Below are positions 37,316 through 48,253 of a DNA stretch of 64,000 bases, piece after piece. Below the pieces are notes generated by a model. That model did no database searches, was not told the origin of the DNA, and worked only from the letters and a program-made list of their open reading frames with translations. The DNA lies in assembly GCA_951804945.1 (NCBI GenBank), contig OX638151.1:73222001-73286000 (forward strand), given 5' to 3'. Position numbers and translations under genes: made by a program. This DNA comes from Podarcis cretensis. Its lineage: Eukaryota. Position 1 is the stretch's first letter; each line of letters begins with the position of its first letter.

Positions 37316-38285
37316 ATTGCCTATAATAGCAGGATTGCAGGTGCTATTTTTTTTAATAATGTTTACCATTCTAAAACTATCATGCATGGTCCTTCAATTT
37401 CATCTTGTCTAGAATTTTCATTCATTGTTGACCTACTCTGAGAAATAATAAATGTTTGTCCTAAGTAAATTGAAAAACACTTGTTAATCTATTAACAACT
37501 GACTTTTTACAATGTCAATTTTCCTCATTCTTCTGCCTTTGTAACATACTGTTTTATAATGCAGATGTTGAAATAGCTGTGTTAACATCCTGTAAATCCA
37601 TTTCAATATAAAAACTTTTTCCCAATGGGCTTCTGAAGTACTGAAAATCTTTGGGGAAATGTCATTGTGTTTTATTGAATTGTCAGTATCAGGATGTTAC
37701 TTATAGATATCTCATCCACTTTATAATTTTGACTGCAGAATATTTTGTAAATAGACTTTTTTACTTTTCAAACAACTGAGTAAAAATAATGTGCAATGAA
37801 TTTTATACGGACAATTTTAAAATCAGTTGGAGTATTTCTCCTAAGTTTTGCTTGATTCCAAGTAGCTTTGTTGTTTTGACCAGACTGTGCAAACAGTAGC
37901 GTGTAGCATTTTTGAAACATTTTCTAAAAATCACTGTCTTGCTTTAGTTATTAATTGGGGCATTGTGAAGAACTGTGCAAAGACATTTTTGTTACAAACC
38001 TGTGGGACTGTTGCAATACTTTAAATAAGAAATTTTATTCCATTTTTGCTTTTGTATAGACATTTCTATTGCTTCTAAATATGCTTAATATTTCATGATG
38101 TACTGTACAGTTAAATCTTATTTGCCATCATCTTGAGAAAATGTGTATTTAGAATATTTGTATAACTATAAAATTAAAAGGAATTATGTGGTCAGTGCAT
38201 TTTTTAATTGAAAATCATTTTGTTTTAAAAATTAATGGAAACCATAGTAAAATAAAATAAATGTATGTGCATTTTTAAACTTCAA
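37316..38285 (+). other. REV3L: REV3L 3' UTR with overlapping AATAAA signals at 38251-38261
   Basis: AU-rich, TE-free sequence after the stop; AATAAAATAAA at 38251. The cleavage position is inferred. Confidence 0.7.
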
Positions 38286-38779
38286 TGTAGCTGTAGTGCT
38301 TTTCTTTAATAATGGCCAATGAGTTCCAAAATGACATTCCCTAAAACTGAAGCTAGTGTTGAAACCATCATTTTTCTTGAGAAATCCACCTTTAGTCACA
38401 ATTTAGTATAACAATCCCCCAAATAAGAAATTCTCATAGGATAAAGCAAGCTTTAAAGAAAAAGAATACTGTTACATGACCTGTTTACACAATCGCTTAC
38501 CTTACTAAATTTTTCATGGCTTTGTCTAATGTGTGAACCTGGCACTCTTTTTCATAGTTCCTTTGGCCACCCCACAGGCAGGAGCACCTGGAAAACATAC
38601 CAAACTATGGAGAGAGAGAGAAGCAATGGTTTGACTGAAACAACTCAGGATTTATTTGTAGTTTCTTAAATCATGGCTTAGTTACATGCAAAGTCGAGCA
38701 TTAGGGAAACAATGAATGTACTCTGTTTACTCATGGAATTGATTATTGGATTCCCTAAGAAATAGTGGTCAAGGCTCAC

Positions 38780-41023
38780 TTTGGTAAATAAATAATTTTT
38801 ATTCAAGAAAATATCACACTTCCCAATACCCCTGTAAACACAAGCAATTAACTCCCTAGCTGCATTTACATTACAAAATTACCTTACCAATAGACAACAC
38901 ACTTGAGAAAAACTAATCATCATATCCAAATAAGAGCTATAACATTTAAGGCAAATGTAGCATTGATGTGAGTTAAAACAAGTTGTCAAAATGTCTATTT
39001 CATAATGCCATTTCATACAGAACAATCACAAATATACCAAGAATAACATTTGCATTGTAGGAAAGGACCCGATTCCTCAAGTAAATACTGCGTTTGGAGT
39101 TACAGCATTTACAATACTTAGAACCCCAAGAAAGAGCAAGAATCCTTAATACGACCTTGTAATACCCAACACCCACAACTCAGCACAAATTCTTGAAAAA
39201 CATAAGCTATTACCATGCTCTTGATTTGATTTTACCCAACAATCGGAAGCTATTTTCATCAATGAAAAGGCTACCACACAACCACATGGCTTCAGTTTCA
39301 AAGAAACTTTGAAACTGTAATTCAGCAACAGCAGCTTTTCATAGTGCATGGAAAACCTGTTCTTGTTATGGCAATGAGGTGCACCATTCAAAATGAGGGG
39401 GGAAAACAATCCCCTGGACATATTCAATCCTTTATGCATGTCTAAAGTAGTATTTTGGATCCTAGTTCTTACAGGCAACTATAAGCTGGATATACACACT
39501 TCAGGCAGTTCAAACGGTTAAGAAATTTACTAATGAGATTCAGTTAATGTAAACACAATTAACTCTGGCTTTTACATGTGTAATATTTCTAATTGTGAAA
39601 CAGTGTACAAATTCAGTCTAATCCGCAATTTATTGCATATTAATGCTTAGTTTTTAAAAGACCGACATCTTCACTTATTCAGCTTTTAATATTAAAAATC
39701 ATCCCATTGAGGTAGCATCATTGTCTACAGCCAAAATGCTAGCTTTCCCAAGTTCCAGTCCACAATTCCTCTATTTCACCATGAACAAACCACATACCAC
39801 AGAATCTTGCCATTTAATTGTACAGTCATAAATAACGCCATTCCAATTATACAGCAGTTACAAAAGAGCATTTCTTAGGTATGGACAGTCTGTACACTAA
39901 TAAGTTGAGAAATTATGCCTGGATTGGAGTGGGGGAAGAAAGCACAACCTGTGCTCTTCTAGTAGTGCTTGCAATGTTGTGTTCTTTAAACCACATTCTG
40001 CATGTTCTAGAAAGAACACCTCTACCAAGTGGCATTATTGAGGGTAAGGATCTGGATGAAGTGCCATTACAGATTACAGCATTTCCCTTCTACAGTAACC
40101 TAGCAAATTGCTGTTGCCATGTGCTTTTCAGTAAAATAAAATAAAATGATATGACTTGTAAGTTCTGCTAGTGGAAATAGGGTGGCTAGGGCTTACTCAT
40201 ACATAAAGGGAAATAGATGTGCCTGGGTTTTAGCTTGCTCCCAGAGAAAGTACAGGCATCAATCAATTTAGGATTGTCTGAACGACACACAATCACCCAC
40301 ATGGCCCTGAACCTAAAGTAGCCCCAAAACATAAAGATGTCACAAAAAGGGGTGGGATGGGAGCAGAACAGGCTTACGCATGCTCCATCGATGTGCCCGG
40401 AAGTCCGGAACATAACCTCCACACAAATTAAAAACTGCCTGTACCAATAATGTAAGTACTAAAGAATTAAATATTTTCATAATGTGATACTTCTGCTTTT
40501 CAAAAATCAGATACAACTATTCAAAACCCGCAAAACAACTTTTTCACTTTTTTAAAAATATATTTGTTATTAGAGTAAATCTTGGCATCAACATCTTAGG
40601 AACACAAGCGATAACTATTTACAGAATGAGGACTAGCCCTGGTGCCCTCACAAGGTACCTCGTTAAGTATCACACCATGGTTCAAATGAAATGCAACCCC
40701 CTTTGGTCAAAGCTTGCTTACAATGTTCAGTATAGAAATCAGATATGAATCAAGACAGTCGTGATTATTTTACTACGCTTCCCAGATGTAAGCTCACCAT
40801 CTGACTAAAGAACCACTAGAATATGGATTTATGAAAACCTGGCTTTTTGTTTGCTTTTTCTACTACCATCACACTCGCATAAATGGCTCCACCACATCAT
40901 CCCTTTTTGGTACCTGCAAATACACATTTATACCAAAAACCAACTTTAACTGGGATTTAACCAAGCTTCTTACCACTTTAATGAAGTGTTTGGTGAACCT
41001 CTTGTTCTTAAAGCAAGAGAGGC
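38780..41023 (-). other. MFSD4B: MFSD4B 3' UTR; candidate poly(A) signals (minus-strand AATAAA) at 39629-39634 and 38798-38803
   Basis: tttatt on + at these positions; true end is inferred. Confidence 0.5.
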
Positions 41024-42246
41024 TTAGTCATTCTTACTAGAATTCTTATGTTTTGGGGAGCCGACAGTAAGCCCAGGAGAAGAATTAAAAATGTTTCTTG
41101 AAGAAGGGTGACCAGAGGTGGCAGGTGTCGATTCCCCTTCGATCGTCTTGGATGTTTCTATGACAGAGTTCCTCATAGTGTCATTCATCTCAATTACTTC
41201 AAAGTCTACTTCATTCCATTCTCTGCCGTCGTCGTCGTCGTCATCATCATCCTCAAGATGAGACTGGGACAATAAGGCTTCCTGGAGCTCACCATCCCCA
41301 GCATCCTTCAGTTTAGCATCGAAGGGTGACGTAGCTAATTTATACATCACGGGGAACAGCACTGATGTCATGGCTGCTGCTCCCAACACAGAATACATGA
41401 GCACCGGGATAGCAGGAAAATGTCCTTGAAGGTAGCCAACCACTGCAGGAATACACATTTCCCCCAGAGCTGCACCCATTACAAATAATGCTGCAGATTT
41501 CCCATGGATGGTTGTATACTGCTCAATCCAGGAAATGCCGCTAGGGAAGATAGTCGCCATGGATGCTCCATATACTGCAGAGCCAAGCCACAGAGAGACT
41601 GGGTATGTACTGAACAGTGCCAGGAATAGGCATGACAGAGTGGAGCCTATGATACTCAGAAGGATCATAGTTCCAGGGTAAGAGCAAGCAGCAAAACAGA
41701 TTGCCAGTCCCCTGCAAGCTGCAAATGATCCCCAAAAGAGGGAATTCAACCCAGCTGCTTCATGTTCCTTCATGGCAGCGAAGGTTTTTGCATAAGTAAA
41801 AATGTAAGAACCATAAGTGACCTCTGCCCCTACATACCAGAAAAAGAACACAGAGAGGAGACATATGACGGCACGGTGGTATTTAGCAACCTGGTATTTC
41901 TGTGTGGAAACCTTTGTCCTGTCGCGGACGGGACTGCTCTTCAAACACAAAACAAGGAAAAACAATGCAACAAACAAAAGATAACTGCCTATAACAACAT
42001 AAGACCACATAAAGTTCAAGCTTAAATGCAGTTTCAGGACTGGTGTAGCAGCAGGAAGAGAATTCACGGCAGACTGATTGTCAATATTACCACTCAACAG
42101 AACCGGAGAACCAACAGCGGAGCCACCAAGCGCCATCTTGGCCAGGATGGGAGCCACAAAAGCACCCAGAGCAAAACTGAAGTGTAAGGCCTGCATATGC
42201 GGACCGGCTTCTTCTCCCCATGTGTCCAAGGCAAGAACATTGCCAC
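41024..42246 (-). CDS. MFSD4B: MFSD4B exon 4 (C-terminal MFS helices and acidic tail, stop TAA)
   Basis: ORF 41024..42229; acceptor ccatag|GT GGC AAT; hydrophobic helices, MQALHFSFALGAFVAP, WNEVDFEVIE tail. Confidence 0.95.
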
Positions 42247-45200
42247 CTATGGGGTAAAGAAAATATATAGGGTATAGTTTCCATATTCAGACTGGTTTCT
42301 TGGAACTACACATCATCACTCAAGAGCAACCTCACTCCACCTGCTGAGAACTCTGAAGGCTCCCTCATCAACAGGCACAGGTAACTAACTAGAAGGGATT
42401 ACAGCCAAATGAAAGAAAAGGGGAGCTGTGGCTAGTTAGCCTGTTTTCAATTCCCAGTGTACTTTCCCAGGGTGGGAACCTCCAGTTGCTGCTTGACTTA
42501 AATCCCCATCAGCCACAGTCATTAGGGCCAATATTCAGAGAAGATGAGAACTAGCACCCAGCAGCACCTGAAGAGCCACAAGGAGCCCCCCTACTCACGA
42601 GTTGAGGGGGGAAGAAATGATGAAAAGCAGATAGACTAGCAGCTCCTCCATCCCAAGTCTTCCTGAAAGCCCTCTTCTCACACTCCGAATCCATATTCAG
42701 TGTGTGAAAAGCTTGTACCTGCTGAATCCCACCCTGCTGATGGGCCCTGTGCACATTCAACTGTAAACACACAGGGCCTGAACAAATGATTAGGGCAACT
42801 AGGATAACCCTGCTTCCCCAATCACACATGCAAAGCCCTTCATACTTTCACTCAGTGATCACAGGTGAGGGGGAGGTTCAGGGGGACGACAACTGGCAGC
42901 TGTATGCAGGTCATGCCAGTTGGTGAATGAACTCCTCCCCCAACTGATTAAGCACAGAGGAGGAGAGCATAAGAGGTAAGACAGAAAGGAGTTCCTTCAA
43001 AATTCTCAACAGGCAGAACCCAGGTTCTCTCAAGTGACAAGCACTATTTGCAATAATATGTTTAGTATCTTAATTAAATGGAATCCATCTGCTCACCAGT
43101 ATGCAGGAGGTGGCCAATTTAAGAGAGCATATTCAATGTCAACTATAAAGCTTCACAATTATTTCAATAACTAAGTGAACATTCCCATAAAATTCTAATT
43201 GTTCTCGAACGGTTCCTGCTGAAAACACAGTTTTGATAATATTATGAATAAATAGCAGGAGGTGTTCAACGGCGTCTATTCACAGAAACACAGAAAGTTT
43301 CCTCTAGCTTGACAGTGACACTTCAAAGGTCAAAGGTTTGCTTACTGATAAGGATTTATATCCCATACTCTCGTAAAATACCAGGGCGGACGGTGTACAG
43401 CAATATAAAAAAATTTAAATCAATCATTAAAATGACTGCCTTAAGAAATTGTTTAACAAGTGCACAGGCCTGCCAGCATAAAAAACAACAACCCTGTTGT
43501 CTTGACAGTCTTCTTTCTTCCTTGGCTCCAAGTGCTACTGAGGACTAAACTTATTTTTCAAAGGAAAGCACTATGTTTGCAACTGAAAGATGCAGATACA
43601 TTACTAGGCAAGATATCACACCTGCGTGACTCTCTTACCAGCATTACACCATAGAAACAACCCATCATTGAAGACAACAAGATTACCTGCCAGAGATGCA
43701 TTTTATGACCCTCACTGCTCTACCAATATCATTTTCCATTTCTCCTTCAGCGCCTTTTCTTGGCTCCGGAGCTCTAGTGGCTTCCTCCAGCATTGTGGCA
43801 TTCACTTGCCGTCTCCCATTCACTGCTACCCACTCCTATTTTCATCCTTCCTCTGGAACTGCTGCTCCCTCACTCAGAAATCATTTATCTTTCACAATCC
43901 TTTCTTCTCTTAAACCCTCCAGCAACTTGCACTCACCAAAATCGGACACACTACCACCTGCATTGACACTGCTGCTGCCCTCTCCTTCAGTGGTCTCTCC
44001 TTCAAGTGCTCACCTCTTTCCTGTGGCTGCATTAGCATTGACCTTCTCCCTGCTAATCACAGTGCCTGACCACAACCACACCCATCTCACTGTTTTTCAA
44101 CCTCCAAAATCCATACTTCTGTATGATACAGTTCTCCATTACCACTCCATTCCGCTTCCCTTTATCACTCCTTGATCCTTCTCAATAATCATTTCAGATC
44201 AAAATCCTTGGCTCACCTTCTTCCTATTTGACAATATTCCCATCTATCTCCTTTAATACACATGACAACCGAAATGCTTTTTCTGTGCAGCCTGAGCAGG
44301 AGCAGTGAAGGATGTTATAGTTAATTGTTGTAGCTTGTCTTCACTTACCCTACCCCACTGCCCTGCTCACAGTTGTGAAGAATATTCCTACGTTATGAAT
44401 GGTCTGTATTAAGAAAAAGAAGTCAGAATAGGCCAATATATATGTGAACTGTCCCTGGATCAAGTGGTTTTTCTTCTTTAAGTTCTCAAAGTATTATTAA
44501 CCTAGCTCAAAGCTGTCAACTGAACTACCCAGATGTTTAACTGAGAATCAATCAGTCGGTCCATCATTTGAAAATAAGACCTTAGTCTTCCCAAAAATGG
44601 CAACTAGACATTCTGTTTTGGTGACTGCAATCTTGGTTTAAGAAGCCTTTTGGCTCCTAGCTTATATATCTGAGTTTCTAACACCGCCTCTGCTGTATTC
44701 CTTTGACCTTCACCTTTGAATTAACTGCACCATTCACTACCTTGGATACTCTCTTGATCTTCAATAGAAACTGTTCTGTTTCTAAGCTCTTTGCTGCCTC
44801 ATCTGTTTGATCATCACCATAGCTTCTTCAACACTGTGCATACTCCATCTTCCCCCGCATGGTATCTCTTACCCCTTCCGTGACCAGTAAAGCAGTAGTT
44901 TTCTTCAAAGTGAGCATCTCTCTTCACTTTCGTGTTATTTCTGCTTCAGTTCAAGACCGTCTCAACAGTTGACTTGTGCTGCTCTCCCAAAAAACACTTT
45001 TGCTCTTTTGATTCCTACACCTCTTCTATCCAGAATCAACCCTGAAGATTATCAAAGGCACCTTCTGCCATATCAACCTCCCATTGCTCTAAGATCTTCT
45101 GCCAATGGCCTTCTCTGATTGCCACCACCAGAAGGCAGCAACTTCGAGACGGAGGGTTTTCAGGTGTGGTGCTCCAGTTATAAAATGCTCTTCACAAAGA

Positions 45201-45438
45201 AGCCGGCTTAGTATCAGCATTAGTTGGTTTCCTGGTCTTTTTAAGCTTTGCTGAGTGCTCTGTTAACTGCTGTTTACCTTTTTACTGTAGATTTTTATAT
45301 ACTGTACTATATTTCTTTATATTGATATTTTTGATTTAAAACTTGTAAGCCATTTTAAATTAAGAGATTCAACATAATCCTAACTGAATCATTCCAAACA
45401 GGATGAATATCATGAAACAAGTGTTGTGGTTTTATTAC

Positions 45439-45555
45439 CTGTATCAAGGACTCCCATTGCAAACCCAATGACAGACATCATGAATGTTAACAGAAGTGCT
45501 TTATTGCACCAGGGGATGACATAAAGACCCAGAGCTGTACCCAGCATAGAAAATC
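45439..45555 (-). CDS. MFSD4B: MFSD4B exon 3 (FSMLGTALGLYVIPWC...GVLDT)
   Basis: ttatag| acceptor, CAG|gtaata donor, 117 nt phase 1-1. Confidence 0.93.
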
Positions 45556-46210
45556 CTATAAGGGAGAAATAATTAAACACACCATTTCATATTGCACTTT
45601 TTAAAAGCTACAATTTATAATAATTTCATATCTAAGTTTATTCTGGAATTTTTTAATTCCAGAAAAATATTTAAATTAGATTTAAGTAATAAACATAAGA
45701 CATTAGTCACACAAAATACCCTGTATGCTAGTTTTACATTCAGACATCAAAAGCATGCATGAGGTATAATCTTAAACATGTCTCCTTAGACATATACTTG
45801 TCTACTCAGTGTGTGTTTCTCCCAGGTAAGTGGGAATAGTACTAAAGTCTTAAGACTCCAAAGGGTTGATTGCATATTGAAGCAGCAATCTAAAAAAAAA
45901 GTTATTAACATGCAAGGAAGCTACCCATAAAGCTGAATTCCATTGAATTCTCACTGCTGAAGAGTCACGCCATTAAAAAACAACTGAATGACTTGCTTCA
46001 ACGGTGCAAAGAAAGTATCAAACAGCCTGGGGAATGGGCTGTGGGAGCGAGAGAAACTTAATCCACTCCATTTCCCCTCAAGTTGGACTGCATGAACAGC
46101 TTGTGACATACGTATTTGTGCCCTTACATTTTTGACTATGCAATTGCCCATCCAACTTTTGTGAATCAGGGCAATGATATAAAAATCAGTATTATTCCCT
46201 GTGTACTTAC

Positions 46211-46379
46211 CCAAGAGAAGTTGGGCATTCATGCAATCAAAAAGTATACCACCAATCAGAGAACCACCAAAGTACCCCGATGAACGGCCCACAAAAATAT
46301 AAGAAATTTGACTGACATTTTTGTTCACATTTGCAGCCAGGTCTTCAAATGTGGGCCCTAGGATAGCAATGGCCATACC
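46211..46379 (-). CDS. MFSD4B: MFSD4B exon 2 (GMAIAILGPTFEDLAANV...NAQLLLG)
   Basis: ttccag| acceptor, TGG|gtaagt donor; within ORF 45951..46472. Confidence 0.95.
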
Positions 46380-47771
46380 CTGGAAATAAATAAATATCAA
46401 TGTGAAGTGCAAATCAAACATACTTTCTGTTATTAATAAACTTGACATAAAAAATAAGTCAGTAGGTGACAACCACTCCTTGCAATCCTAAGCACACTTA
46501 TCCAGAAGTAAAAGCAACTGATATTAGTGGGATAATGGGAGATTATTACTCGCAATTCAAATTTTTAAAGAAGTATCTTATCCACAGAATACAAATACTT
46601 ATTCTCCCATTAAAATTTTTTTAGGAATAAGATCAAAAGCAGTTTTAAGATCAATTAAATGCTCATGAAACCATCCCAAACAGCTATATTGTGAACCGTG
46701 GTTTCCAGATAATCGTCAAAAGCAGCAAGTACATTGTGATTATTTCAGTGCAAGAGTAGTTTAAGAAAGAAACTACATGCTAGACATATAACCCCACCTT
46801 CAATAGGTTGAACACCATGTCTGAGACAGAAGAATCGCCTACCAACAGCACCTCCATTTTGCTGAGATTGATCTTAAATTTATTAATCCATTACCAAGCC
46901 CAAACAACAATTTAGCACTTCCACTCTCCCACCTTAACCACAAAAACAGCAGAGCAACATCAGCATATGCATTGGCGACACCTGACTCAAAATCCTCAGA
47001 AACCACTAGGTGGTTTCATGCAATAGACAACAATATCTTCATCCTTTGACCCTGCAAATATACTTCTCCTTTTTACATGGATTTTTCTGCTGGTGCTGCT
47101 GCTGGTCTGAGCTATTTAATTTATATGGTTAAAAATATATATTGTAAGCTATCTTAAGGCTATCCTGGCAAAAGGCAGGATCTAAACCTAACAAACTGAG
47201 GGCTTCTATTTTGGGACCGCAGCTGCACTACACAGGAGTGGATAATTCACCATAATATCCTTCTGCATCCTAGAGCCTTCCAGGTGTTTTGGGCCACAAC
47301 CACCTGCAAATCTTTGCTTGGCTGCAGTGAGTGAGAACTCTAATCCACATCCCTGGGAAGGCCACGCTAACGCTCTGTATTTCAAGTACTTGAGGAGAAC
47401 AGTGCACTAATTCAATTAATAATAATAATAATAATAATTCAATTAAAGAAAAGGTATATTTGTTTCTTGGAGAAGTCCGAGGGAAGATAGGCGCCCCGCA
47501 AATCCCTCCATCCTTCAGCTCGCTCGCTCGCTCTCACACACACGTGTACTTGTTTTTACGCATCTACTGGCGGTGACGCCACATTTCTGCCCGTGTCAAG
47601 GACCGGAACGTGCCGAGTCCCGTCCTGAAGTTCCTTCGGCTCCTCTGAGGGCCTTCGGCAGCATTGCGAGGGAATTGCGAGGGCGCCTCGAACGGACAAC
47701 CGGGCGGAGGGGGGGAGAGAAGAAACCCTGGAAACTTTGAGTGACACACGCCCACCCCCCGAAACGCTTAC

Positions 47772-48113
47772 CAGGCCCAGGAAAGCGGCGCAAAGAGCCG
47801 CCGAAGTGCACCATTGCAGCGCCCGCCGCGGAGCCGCCGCCACAGCCGCTTCCCGCTTTGCGGCGCTGTCGCCGCCGCCGCCGCCGCCTCCAGCCCGGCT
47901 TCTTCGTCCGCCGTCGGCCACCACGACCAGCGGCTGAAGGGCGAGCCGCGCAGCAGAGCCCCCGAGCGGCTCCTCCGAAGGCGCCCCTCCGGCCGCCGCC
48001 GACTCACTCTCTGCCTCGCGGCGGTTGCCACCTCCTCCTCCTCCGCCTTCATCCTCCTCCTCCTCCAGACGAGCGAAGCGAACCTGCTTCTTCCTCTCGG
48101 CAGCGCCCGCCAT
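47772..48113 (-). CDS. MFSD4B: MFSD4B exon 1 (MAGAAERKKQVRF...ALCAAFLGL)
   Basis: ATG in strong context (gggATGG), donor CTG|gtaagc, 342 nt phase 0. Joined CDS is 1851 nt = 616 aa. Confidence 0.88.
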
Positions 48114-48233
48114 CCCTACAGCCAGGAGCCGCTACGGCAGCGCCGGGCCACGTGACCCCGCGACGCACACGTGGCTTCCGCATGTTGCGCGTCGAAGGCC
48201 GGAGGGCCAGGAGGCACCTCCTCTCTGTTAAAA

Positions 48234-48253
48234 ACTACAACTCCCAGAATGCC
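48234..48253 (+). promoter_or_regulatory. ZNF143/THAP11-HCF1 composite motif (SBS with ACTACA extension, 'M4' motif)
   Basis: ACTACAACTCCCAGAATGCC matches the established ACTACAnnTCCCAnnATGC consensus, about 120 bp upstream of the ATG. Confidence 0.85.

Noticed and set aside
41270-41296. Canonical acidic dileucine [DE]xxxL[LI] signal in MFSD4B
   Set aside because: Sequence is ELQEALL; the acidic residue is at -5 or -2 rather than -4, so it does not fit strictly
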